A stretch of DNA of 63,995 nt, counting the filler, from Stramenopiles sp. TOSAG23-3 (Eukaryota): NCBI GenBank assembly GCA_900128585.1. It is 4 parts of 4 records of this genome, joined end to end, with 100 filler letters (N's around TTAATTAATTAA, not from the genome) between each part and the next. Parts side by side here need not be neighbours in the genome. Positions count along the whole stretch, not along the records: positions 32,913 to 49,228 come from LT642493.1; 3 more parts are not named here. One strand, given 5' to 3'. This document shows, piece by piece, positions 32,913-42,992 of the stretch. A model generated the notes under the pieces. It made no database searches, was not told the DNA's origin, and saw nothing but the letters and a program-made list of their open reading frames with translations. Every line of letters starts with the position of its first letter. Position 1 is the first letter of the stretch. The translations under genes and the position numbers were made by a program.

Positions 32913-34655
32913 GCCCCGATTCCTGCCAACATGTGGTTGGTGAACGTTTCAGAAAACAGCAACAGGATAGACCAACTTTTCGACCTGCTCTCGGAATTAT
33001 TTTTGAGCGAAGGAGCAAAGGGCGTCCATACCGGCCCCCCTTACCTCAAGGCTGCGAATGCGTTTGCGGCTGCGGTGACGAGTGTAGCGTATTCTCTTAG
33101 CGAGCATGGTGGCCGAATCATCGCCTGCCAAAGCTCGTTGCCAACTGTCGGGGTGGGGAAAATGGATTGCCGAGAAGAGGCAAAATTGTATGGTAGGCAG
33201 GGAGAGGCTGTAATGTGGTTTCCAGACCCCGCCAAGCCTTCGTACAAGCGGCTGGGGAAGTACTGCGCAGAGAAACAAATCTGCGTGGACATAATTTCAA
33301 TGAACAGCAAAAACCACTGCGATGTTGCTACCATGCGCATTGTGCCCGAAAAAACGGGCGGGGAAATGCTCTATTACCCTGAATTTGACCTGGGAAGCCG
33401 GTACTACCAAGATCGCATGCGACAGGATGTCAAGCGATTGCTAACGGCATACGTGGCCCTGGAAGCTACGTTAAAGATCAGGTGCAGCGAAGGCCTTCGC
33501 GTCGTTGCAATTCATGGCCCAGGGGACGCGGACAGAGACCCCTCGCAGGTGAACGTTGCATTGCTCGGGGAGGACCTGTCCTTCTGCGCATCGTTTGAAT
33601 ACACAACCGATTTGGGCGAGGACCAGAAAAATGCTTACCTGCAGGTCTCGTTGCTGCACACTTCCATGAGCGGTCGGCGCACCGTGAGGGTGATGAATCT
33701 GCAGCTTCCGTTGACTTCGCAGCTTAGCAGTACCTTTCGGCATTCGGATATTGATACGGTTTGCAATCTGTTATGCCGGAAGGCGGTTCGAAAGGTGTAC
33801 GAGAATGTCAGAGACTCTTCGTCGCAAATGAAACGGATGATGTCCGGCGTACGCGACCATTTGCTAAGCCGCGTGATAAAAATGTTGCATGCGTACAGGC
33901 GTTACTGCGCAACGGCGTCATCGTCTGGCCAGCTGATCCTGCCGGAAGCCCTCAAGTTTTTGCCGTTGCTAACGTTAGCGTTGAGAAAGAGTGTGTGGTT
34001 GCAATCGAATGAAATCTCCATTACGCCCAATATCCGCGCAGATGAACGCGCCGCGTCCATGTCCTTGTTGCAAAGTGCGTCCCCTGCGCTCTTCATGTCG
34101 ACATTGTACCCGTACTTGTTCTGCTTGCACGAGATGAAGGCTGAACACGGGCTGCCACACAAAGAAACTCCGTCCGGTGAAAGCCGCCCGGATGCCGATG
34201 ATGTTTTCCTCCCGAAACCACAGTATCCATCATCGGAACACTTAACCGAGATGGGCTTGCTGTTGCTGGTAAATGGCCTCGATTTCTATTTTTGGGTGGG
34301 AAGGAAAGTGCTGAGGACAACCCTCCAAGATTTGTTCAATCGAACGTCGCTGCCAAACGATGAAGCAAAAGTGCAGAAAATTTTGTTTCAAAAGCGCGAC
34401 AACATGTTGTCCCGGCGTATATTTGGGGTCATTAATGCCATGAAGCAGAGGATGCGCGTGGACCCCAGTCGCATACGACTGCATGTTGTCAAACAGATGT
34501 CTGGTGTCCGAACCGCGAAAGAACGGAGTACGTACAGCGAAGATAGATTTTTATCATTGTTGATAGAGGACAAATCAAGGCACGGAATGTCGCATGTTGA
34601 AATGCTCTGCCATGTCCATAAGAAGATTCAATTGAAAATGAGCGACTACGATTGA
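32913..34655 (+). CDS. SEC24: COPII coat protein Sec24 (5' truncated)
   Basis: GGRIIACQSSLPTVGVG, DVATM...TGG, KIRCSEGL, RRTVRVMNL, SSSGQLILPEALKFLPL and C-terminal LCHVHKKI. Confidence 0.9.
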   Translation, partial: APIPANMWLVNVSENSNRIDQLFDLLSELFLSEGAKGVHTGPPYLKAANAFAAAVTSVAYSLSEHGGRIIACQSSLPTVGVGKMDCREEAKLYGRQGEAVMWFPDPAKPSYKRLGKYCAEKQICVDIISMNSKNHCDVATMRIVPEKTGGEMLYYPEFDLGSRYYQDRMRQDVKRLLTAYVALEATLKIRCSEGLRVVAIHGPGDADRDPSQVNVALLGEDLSFCASFEYTTDLGEDQKNAYLQVSLLHTSMSGRRTVRVMNLQLPLTSQLSSTFRHSDIDTVCNLLCRKAVRKVYENVRDSSSQMKRMMSGVRDHLLSRVIKMLHAYRRYCATASSSGQLILPEALKFLPLLTLALRKSVWLQSNEISITPNIRADERAASMSLLQSASPALFMSTLYPYLFCLHEMKAEHGLPHKETPSGESRPDADDVFLPKPQYPSSEHLTEMGLLLLVNGLDFYFWVGRKVLRTTLQDLFNRTSLPNDEAKVQKILFQKRDNMLSRRIFGVINAMKQRMRVDPSRIRLHVVKQMSGVRTAKERSTYSEDRFLSLLIEDKSRHGMSHVEMLCHVHKKIQLKMSDYD

Positions 34656-34734
34656 GACCCAATATAATCATATTCATATCTACTACACTTAAAACAATTA
34701 AATAATAAAACCGAAATAATGTTGTTTTAAAAAA

Positions 34735-34840
34735 AGCAAGAAAATTGGCTGTTATTTAAGTAATTAAATTTAGCTTCCTCATACCCTAATTCTAACTTGG
34801 GGATGTTGTTTTTAAAAACAAAAATTGGATGTTATTTTGT
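34735..34840 (+). repeat. Terminal module (ATACCCT variant) plus a degenerate second copy
   Basis: caagaaaattggctgttatttaagtaattaaatttagcttcctcataccctaattctaacttgg, the reverse complement of 49339-49403. Confidence 0.88.
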
Positions 34841-34952
34841 TTTTAAGATTCTTGTTCTTATAAAGGATACTCTCTGAGATAAATTCCTTATGCATAACAG
34901 TAAATGATAGTGTGCGCCGTTTTTAATTTTACGTAGACACCCCTCGAACAGC

Positions 34953-36395
34953 TCAAGGCGTAGGTCTTTTATACACGATGAATTTCCAGCACATCTGGGC
35001 CCCTAAATTCTGTGAAACCACCGAGCGTTCGTTGACAAGGTCAAAAACCACTTTAATATTGCGCGAAAATTTATTTACGACATCAAAAAACGACTTTCTG
35101 TCTTTTGCATAAATCTTTATGGTCGTCAAATTGCTGCATGCGTACAGAAACTCGTATATTGATTTCAATCGTATGGATGGTCTGCCGTCTTCGAAATCAA
35201 TGATATCGTGTGCAATTTGTGTATTGTCGATAACGACGTGCTCTATAACCCTTGAATGTTCAAACAAACAGTCTGGCAATCGTTTTGTATTGTACCGTCT
35301 TAAGTCGATGCCACTGGTAAGGTAGGCCCTTCTCAGGAGACTGCCTGTGTGGTACTGATCTTTGTACTGCGGTTGGTCGAACCTGTCGCGCTTGCTTTCT
35401 GCCAAATGTTTTTTTGCTTCTGCTAGCGCTCGTCTTTCTTCTTTCTCTTTCCTAAGTTTCATGGTTAAAGACTTCATGTGTTTGCTTCTATACTTTAAAA
35501 GGGTGCGGACAGATTTCGCGCCTTCGCCAATGGCCAGTTTGTCGGGACCCTTTATTTTATTTCGTTCCAAACTCAACTCCGTAAGCCTGTCCAAAGGCTC
35601 TAATTGCAACGGTATTCGGTCGAGCTGGTTCCCGTCCAAGAACAGTTTTTCCAGGTTTTTTAGAAATGAAATTTCGGATGGACAAAACGATAAATTGTTG
35701 TTCGACAAAGACAGAAATCTTAAGTTCTTTAGCCTCCCAATCTCAAATTCGGGAGGAACTTCGAGCATATTGTTGTCCAGCCACAGTTTTTCTAAGGACA
35801 CCATATGTGAGAGTGGCTCAGGCCAGACTCGCAACGAATTGTAGGACAAACAAAGCGCTTTCAAGTGAACAAATTCTGAAAATTGCTTTGGGATTTTTGA
35901 CAAAAGAAGCCTTCTGAGCGACAAGACGGTGAGGTTTTTCAGTCTAAATGTATGCTCTAAAATCGATCTAGGAATAATCATGTCGGTAGAGACGCGGTGA
36001 CTTTTTGAAATGTACAATTTTTCCAAGCCGCTTGCTGACTCAGCCTTCCTATCAATTGCTTCTTTCAACCGCTCGGAATCTTTCTCCGTCAATGAAACAC
36101 GTAGAAGATTTCTTTGTTTCTCGTCTGTGTTCATATTTTTGAGGCGTTCTTTATAATCCATTGAAAAGCGGACGGTCCTTCTCACACGTACTTTCTTCAA
36201 GGACGAAACAGGTGGCGGAGATGTCTCGGGAAAATTATCCACAGTATTTTCTTTTGCGTTCTCTTTTTCGTCTTCGGCAGCTTTATCTTTACTTGTCATT
36301 TCTTTTGAAGTTCTTTGCACGCTATCACCAAAGTTCATTGTGCCAATATTCACCAATCCAGTACCCTCCGCTAAGTCGAGTTCTTTTTCCTCCAT
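34953..36395 (-). CDS. Leucine-rich repeat protein
   Basis: About six LxxLxLxxNxL repeats (e.g. LEKLWLDNNML, LRFLSLSNNNL, LEKLFLDGNQL). Confidence 0.85.
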   Translation of the reverse strand: MEEKELDLAEGTGLVNIGTMNFGDSVQRTSKEMTSKDKAAEDEKENAKENTVDNFPETSPPPVSSLKKVRVRRTVRFSMDYKERLKNMNTDEKQRNLLRVSLTEKDSERLKEAIDRKAESASGLEKLYISKSHRVSTDMIIPRSILEHTFRLKNLTVLSLRRLLLSKIPKQFSEFVHLKALCLSYNSLRVWPEPLSHMVSLEKLWLDNNMLEVPPEFEIGRLKNLRFLSLSNNNLSFCPSEISFLKNLEKLFLDGNQLDRIPLQLEPLDRLTELSLERNKIKGPDKLAIGEGAKSVRTLLKYRSKHMKSLTMKLRKEKEERRALAEAKKHLAESKRDRFDQPQYKDQYHTGSLLRRAYLTSGIDLRRYNTKRLPDCLFEHSRVIEHVVIDNTQIAHDIIDFEDGRPSIRLKSIYEFLYACSNLTTIKIYAKDRKSFFDVVNKFSRNIKVVFDLVNERSVVSQNLGAQMCWKFIVYKRPTP

Positions 36396-37416
36396 TGTTG
36401 TTCCAACGGTATAAAGAAATTGTTTCACAATCAGGCACTATTGCAATCTGTGTCTATTCTTTATTTACTTATTATCTATCTATTTTCCTATCTCTCTTTA
36501 ATTTATACTTTCAAATAGAAACCCTTTGGTTGATTTCTCCAAAATAAATATAGCAACAAGAATAACGTCTCTTACATCGCAAGAAGAAATATAATTATTT
36601 ATCAATAATAATAATAATAATAAATAATTATAAAAAAAAATAATATAATAATTTTAAAAGAATAATTAATATTATAATAAAAAAATACGTACTACTGTTC
36701 GTACACCACTGCTGTACACCAACAACCAACAAAAGAATAAATTATTATTAATAAAAAATAGTTCGTCTATTATTAGCCTAATTAAATGTATAATTTAAAA
36801 TATGAATTATTTAACCCATCTCATTCATCATCATGTGTTGGTTTTGTTATTCGGCGTGGGAAGCGTTTCGCACATTTCTTTTAAACCAGTGCTGTATGTA
36901 TGTTATTTATTTTTCTAATTGCTTTCTTTTCTTGATAATAAACCTAACAATGCTGTCTTATATTCTTTTCAATATTAGATGCAGCTATTGGATAGTATGA
37001 TACCAATTTTTTTGGTTGTTTGTTCTTCTTCCTGCTACTATTTATATGAACATAAAATAATAATAAAATTAATTTATTGTTGAGATCATCCCTCTCCTCT
37101 TATTATTTCGATATATTGCACAGCGCAGAGGAAGAATAAGAGAAGACAAAAAAAAAATTTAAATAAATACCAAGTAATTAATACGACGACGGTAGCGTAG
37201 TAGAAAGTAAAAAAAATAATATCCCCTTGCCTTTCTTTGACGATTTGGCATTCACACATGCATTTTCAAGACGTCAAAATATTTTCAAACTGGAACAGTA
37301 GCTAAAACAAAAGAGTAACTAAGACGACGAATTTAGAAACATATATTGACTTGCATTTCATAATCGCATATTTGAACACAGACGACGTCAAGTAATTGAA
37401 AACAAACTGTATCAAA

Positions 37417-39024
37417 ATGATGCTTGCAGAAAGAAACCTGAATGTTGTAAAGAAGGTTACGTTTCAAACCCCGACAAAAGCAGTGGCTCCGGCAACGACC
37501 ATTGAGTCGGCGGGTACTGCAAAAGAAAACAATAAAGTAGTAAACAAAAACGAAACGGCTTCGGCTTCACCAATCCCAGGAATACAGTACGATGCGTTTG
37601 GGTTTGTTTCTAACCCGCCGCACGTCCTCAACGGATGCACTGAATCGGAAGAGTCCACTTTGAAGTGGGACAAATATATTGAAAACCATGGTTTAGACTG
37701 GGTTGGAGCTCGATCGAAAGAGTTGGAACAGCTTGTAATGACCTGCAACATTCCAAAGAAACACAGGCCAACAATATGGATGAAATGGTCTGGAGCCGAG
37801 GAGATGAAGGAAGAGAAAGGGGACTCGTACTATTCCAGCCTCCAGAAGCAATCACCAGAGGAAAAGGTGATGAAACAGATTGAACTGGACATACCAAGAA
37901 CTTGTCCGCAGCACAAGCACTTTCTGCACGAGACGTCGGCTGGAAGGGAGCAACTGCGCCATGTTTTGTACGCTTATGCCGTGCACAACAAGGATCTTGG
38001 GTACTTGCAGTCAATGAACTTTATTGCGGCTCAGCTCTTGCTTGTTACGGAGAACGAGGAACAGACGTTTTGGATTTTGACCGCGATTGTAGAACGTATG
38101 CTCGGGGAAGGGTTTTATACTGGTAGATTAGGAAAGTTGTTAAAGAGCATAGACACGTTTTCAGCATTAGTCGCCGAAAAACTACCTCAGGTGTCTCACC
38201 CGAATTGGTTCCTGTGCATGTACTTCAACAGTCTAAAAAGCGAGATTACTACGCGTGCGTGGGACATGGTCTTCTTCCATGCCTCGGATACTACCGAGGC
38301 CCTAGCTTGCATCGGTTTGGCTCTGGTCGACATTGCCAGGGACGGCATTCTCGGAGCTAAACACGCCCCGGGATGTGCCCGTAGTTTGCAAACCATGGCG
38401 GACCAGGTCATAGATGGCAATGACTTCCTTAGAAACGCTTTTGCAGAAAAATGGAGCGTGAACCAAATTCGTCGTGCAATGAGGAGTCAAACCATCCAGA
38501 AAGCTGTCCAAGAGGTCAGAAGCAAGGTTGTCGCCCCGCGCACGGCGTACAAACACAAACGGTCTCGAAGTGCTGGGGACGCTGATATTTTTTCATCCAT
38601 AAATAAAAACGGGAATGTTTTCGGGAAGAAGGGGGCACAAACTGCCATGAAATCAAAGCGACGGCGGCTGAATCGCCCCATGGGCCAGAGTTGCGATGAT
38701 GCCAGCATTAACAAGAGGATACATTTTGGCACACCGTCCAAAGCGCGGAATACAAATAACACTGATGTTGGATTTTCGCCATTCGTTGCGCTCAAAAAAT
38801 GGTTTACGCCGTCGAAGCGCCCCGCCGCGCAGTCGTCTAAAAAATCTTCGAGGCGAAGCGCGGTGAAAAGCAACACTCCGCTACCGGGCATCACATTCCA
38901 TGCGCACAACCTACAGAAAATAAATGATTGCTGTGGAAGTCCCATGGGTATGGAAATGCAGCCGACAAAAGCTGGATCCCAACCTTCCAGCCTACTTCGT
39001 GGTGGTGGTACGGAGAAGTTATGA
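37417..39024 (+). CDS. TBC-domain Rab GTPase-activating protein
   Basis: IPKKHRPTIW, R finger QIELDIPRT, Q finger YLQSMNFI, WFL and RAWD. Confidence 0.9.
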   Translation: MMLAERNLNVVKKVTFQTPTKAVAPATTIESAGTAKENNKVVNKNETASASPIPGIQYDAFGFVSNPPHVLNGCTESEESTLKWDKYIENHGLDWVGARSKELEQLVMTCNIPKKHRPTIWMKWSGAEEMKEEKGDSYYSSLQKQSPEEKVMKQIELDIPRTCPQHKHFLHETSAGREQLRHVLYAYAVHNKDLGYLQSMNFIAAQLLLVTENEEQTFWILTAIVERMLGEGFYTGRLGKLLKSIDTFSALVAEKLPQVSHPNWFLCMYFNSLKSEITTRAWDMVFFHASDTTEALACIGLALVDIARDGILGAKHAPGCARSLQTMADQVIDGNDFLRNAFAEKWSVNQIRRAMRSQTIQKAVQEVRSKVVAPRTAYKHKRSRSAGDADIFSSINKNGNVFGKKGAQTAMKSKRRRLNRPMGQSCDDASINKRIHFGTPSKARNTNNTDVGFSPFVALKKWFTPSKRPAAQSSKKSSRRSAVKSNTPLPGITFHAHNLQKINDCCGSPMGMEMQPTKAGSQPSSLLRGGGTEKL

Positions 39025-39031
39025 GAATCAC

Positions 39032-40113
39032 AAAACAAGAAAATTGGCTGTTATTTAAGAAGTAATTAAAATTTAGCTTTCTCATGAACCGCGAAAATGA
39101 ATCAGAGTTTAATTAAAAATAAAAAAACAAAAAATTGGCTGTTACTTAAATAATCAAGTTAGGATTAGGGTATGAGGAAGCTAAATTTAATTACTTATAA
39201 TTCAATAACAACAGCCAATTTTCTTGTAAGTATGATATCATAGTCGAAGTACTTAAAATTTACCGTCTTTATACTGCAAACTTATCCCTGCTCTTGAGAT
39301 TTTACTACTTACTTTAGTAGTACTAACGAAAAACAAAGAAAATTGGCTGTTATTTAAGTAATTAAACAATATACCACCCTCTTGTCCCTTGTCATTTAGT
39401 CTTGTTTTTCATTCTCATGTGTAATCCATGCATGATCCGAATCGGTAAACTTATGTCGATTTGCGTCGATGTCAAAGAGTTTATTAAATATGTAACAGCC
39501 AATTTTCTTGTTTTATTAAAAGAAATAATGTTCTTATCTTAGGTACACTTACATCTGTATGTGTATACGACCACGAAACGATCAAACTCAATACCGATCA
39601 TTATTTCATTGAGCAGTACGTACTTTTAAGACCAATCAATTGGAATCTTGACCAGAACTTGGGGAGGATCTGCAATAGGAGGAGGTATTGTTCTTGAACT
39701 GACACCTTCTTTTTTCTTTAATTTTAATTACTATAAAATAACAGCCAATTTTTCTTGTTTTTATCTTAAACAAGAAAATTGGCTGTTATTTAAGTATGAT
39801 GATATAATATGTTACTTAAATAACGGCCAATTTTCTTGTTTTTCAATTAAAATTAATGTGCTGCGAACTGAAATCTAGATTTAGACATTCTAGGTTTACA
39901 TTCCTTCATGAACCTGCGAAAATAATAATTCTCTTATCATATCTTATATAAGAATTACGTAAGAGTCGAGAAATTACGAAGTAGTAACCCCTGTATGATA
40001 TTTACTTTAAGAACTTAGAAACTTTTTGAGTAAAATCTCGTAAACTCTGAAATACCAGTGTTACCGAATTTTTTGTTTTTATTACTTAAATAACTCAGCC
40101 AATTTTTTGTTTT
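39032..40113. mobile_element. Cluster of nine terminal modules in both orientations, with family A (39248-39480) and family B (39538-39720) bodies
   Basis: Forward modules at 39032, 39124, 39331 and 39768; reverse modules ending at 39227, 39514, 39762, 39841 and 40113. Confidence 0.8.
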
Positions 40114-40171
40114 TATTACTCATATGCGTAACACGCAAAAAAAACATTGAAAGCACTGCGTTCCGGCGCAG

Positions 40172-41011
40172 TTAAGCCTGCTGCAGCGAGTCCAAAAAAT
40201 GATCTACTTCGCTCGACCCGGGCGTAGCTTTTTCCGTTGGTATTTGCGGTTGACTTTTGGTGGAGATGGAATCTTGCGAGAGTGGCGGATCTTTGTTTGG
40301 GGAAGCATCTTTTTTTCGTCGTTTGCTGTCTTGCTGCCGCCACGGTCTTAGGTCTTTGCGTAAGTTTTCGCTAAGTGGCCTTACGTGCAAATAGTTGCAC
40401 TGGTGCCCACGTCGACAAAGGCCATTCTTATCGAACTGTTTACAACGCCCTTCGCACCAGTGCCTGCTTATCCCTAAAACTGGAGAGAATTCCGCCACTA
40501 TAACACTGCCATCATAATACCGCCCATGCATCGCCTCTTTCAGCTTAATCGCATCCTCCTCGTCAGCGTACGTAACGTACACGTGGCCCCGCAAGTGTTC
40601 TACTTCGTTTTCCAGTACGCAGACGGACTGAAGGTTTCCACTCTTTGTGCACTCTTCGTAGACTTCCATGAAGAAATCTTCAAAATCTTCTATGGTTTTG
40701 CCTGGAGTATCAAGCCACATGTGCCTCAGCAAGACGGTGCGACTGAACGCAGGGCAATGGTGTTGGCGCGAACAAGATTCCCCGTGCCGGCATGCCCCCA
40801 TTTTGAAATAAAACGGACAGTTTTTCCGGTCAGATTCCGATCGCTGAATACTTGCCAAATACCGCGCCCCGCCCCCCTCTCTCCGACCCCTATACATGTT
40901 CTGCCGAGGCTGGCTCCTTCCCCTTGACCTTGACAGTGACCGCTCGTAGTCACTACTCCTATCCTCTCTCCGACGCACCTGATCACCTACAACTGTGTCT
41001 TGATACGACAT
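40172..41011 (-). CDS. U2AF small subunit (U2AF35) family protein, CCCH-UHM-CCCH
   Basis: YLASI...CPFYFKMGACRHGESCSRQH, FEDFF, HLRGHVYV, AEFSPV and CRRGHQCNYLH. Confidence 0.88.
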   Translation of the reverse strand: MSYQDTVVGDQVRRREDRSSDYERSLSRSRGRSQPRQNMYRGRREGGGARYLASIQRSESDRKNCPFYFKMGACRHGESCSRQHHCPAFSRTVLLRHMWLDTPGKTIEDFEDFFMEVYEECTKSGNLQSVCVLENEVEHLRGHVYVTYADEEDAIKLKEAMHGRYYDGSVIVAEFSPVLGISRHWCEGRCKQFDKNGLCRRGHQCNYLHVRPLSENLRKDLRPWRQQDSKRRKKDASPNKDPPLSQDSISTKSQPQIPTEKATPGSSEVDHFLDSLQQA

Positions 41012-41736
41012 ATATAAAAATATATTGTGAAACAATCCCAAAGGTCTCCGTATGCGTCTGCGTTGGGTCGGACGTACTCCCAATAAACGAAATTATCAGC
41101 GTCTTTACGTTAACAAATACGAGGCAGAAGAACAACTGTAGAAAATTCGTTGTAAATCTGCACATAAATATTTTCTCTGGAAAATTCTACATTCTGCAAT
41201 TCTTTCTGTGAAAACGTCTTTCATGAACTCTCTAATGATAATATAAATATTTGTCCCTCGTGAATGAATGCACACAATAATAATATTATTAATTTTTTAT
41301 TATTATTGATATTATTATTACTATTAGTAATAGTAGTAGGATATGGATTATGGATGGGGTCGGTCTTCGTCTTCTTCTTCGTTGGTTGTTGATGTTGTTT
41401 TTTCTGGTGTGTGTGTGTTGTGTGGTTAGGGTTAGGTCCAGGGTATTATACATTCCTCGTAATAAGTTTTTATTAAAAAAATAAAAATATCATTCTTCTT
41501 CTTCTTATCGCACAATTTATAAATATCCATCATCATCCTCCACAACACAACAACTTTTTTTTTCAGTTAATTATTAATTAATTATTCAAATCATTAATTC
41601 ATGATTTTAAATTTTTTTTGGAGGTGTTGTTATAGATGAGCCATCAATAAAACTTGTATGCATATTTGCCTTTGCCTGGTTAATCATTTACTGACGATCC
41701 GCCAAGCGGGTTATTAACCATCTTTCGTCTGTACTT

Positions 41737-42624
41737 ATGGCCACGACGTCCCCCCGTGCGATCTTAGAGCGCCTATGTCGAAAAGAACTAGATGTCTTAA
41801 GGGCGGTCAAAGTGGAAGAAGCCAACGTCACACGCCGTGCAAAGAAAATAGAAAACTTGATGAACCATGCTGAGTTAAACTTTCCCACCATATACGGGGT
41901 TCTCCCTGAAAAAATGAAAAGGTCCGGGTTCAAAACGGAGAAAGATCTGCGTTTGTACAACGCTGTCAAAGCAAGAATAGACCGGGGACTTCCTGAATTT
42001 GAAAGGCTTTACGAAGAATTCCAGGACAACTACAGATCAAATGGGGAGAAGAAAGCAGCATTTCTAGAACATTTTAACTCGAGCAACCGGAAAAAACAGG
42101 CCATGGGGGAAAACATGTACAGAACAAGAGAAAGCCAAGCGCACGCGATTGAATTTCTCCGGCTTTTGCGAGCGGAAAGGGACAAGTGTGAACCGCGGTC
42201 GTCGGCCTCGAAACGCGCAACGTATCGCACGGAAGCATTGGGTGTTCAGCCGCATTTAAACGACAACTTCCGTATTCACATGAAATTGATGGAATCTCTG
42301 AATTTTTGCTCCTTGCTTGATATAAATTCGACGGATTTTCCGTCCTATGGAACGGGGGCTAAGGTGCAGCAGACGGAAGTGGAAGCCATGCTGTTCGAAC
42401 TGTTCCATAATTTACGACAGCAAGGGTCCATCGCAATTGCCCAACACGTCAAAAATGCCATGGACACATTTTCCAACCTCGAATGGTCTCCAGCGTCCAC
42501 GGGCATATTTTTACGATTAACCCGTGCATTCCACTATGATTTGAGAGCCCCTGACGACACCTTGTCGGTGTACCGCAGAGCCCGGTTCCAGCGGGGTGAA
42601 TGCATTTTTGTTGAATGTGAATAA
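41737..42624 (+). CDS. Hypothetical protein, 295 aa
   Basis: ATG-initiated ORF that fills a GC-richer block between AT-rich spacers. No family recognised. Confidence 0.6.
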   Translation: MATTSPRAILERLCRKELDVLRAVKVEEANVTRRAKKIENLMNHAELNFPTIYGVLPEKMKRSGFKTEKDLRLYNAVKARIDRGLPEFERLYEEFQDNYRSNGEKKAAFLEHFNSSNRKKQAMGENMYRTRESQAHAIEFLRLLRAERDKCEPRSSASKRATYRTEALGVQPHLNDNFRIHMKLMESLNFCSLLDINSTDFPSYGTGAKVQQTEVEAMLFELFHNLRQQGSIAIAQHVKNAMDTFSNLEWSPASTGIFLRLTRAFHYDLRAPDDTLSVYRRARFQRGECIFVECE

Positions 42625-42797
42625 ACACGTAGACGCGTTGTGTCTTATCTCCCAAAATGTAAAGTTTAATGAAAATGAAATATCTTAAATTCTTATTATC
42701 AGTTAGCATAAATTAATAAATCTTAAGAGTGTTTTAATCATTTTTTTTTGAAACCGCGTACGAAGTACAAAATACGAAGTAATTTTTCAGGTTTTCG

Positions 42798-42913
42798 TAA
42801 CTTAAATAGCAGCCAAATTTTTGTTTTTATATGTAAACCTAGAATGTCTAAATCTAGATTTCAGTTCGCAGTACATTAATTTTAATTACTTAAATAACAG
42901 CCAATTTTCTTGT
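42798..42913 (+). repeat. Two terminal modules (ctagatttcagttcgcagtacatt variant)
   Basis: 42835-42885 is the reverse complement of 39845-39900, and the stretch ends in aacagccaattttcttgt. Confidence 0.85.
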
Positions 42914-42992
42914 AGCTACGTAATACACGCGCCCAAAAACAACACTGCAGAAAATACACTTCGTAATACCCAAATGGATCAGCTTCTTCCTC

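Noticed and set aside
39032-40113. CRISPR-like repeat/spacer appearance
   Set aside because: Mixed orientations, irregular spacing, eukaryotic context and no cas genes.
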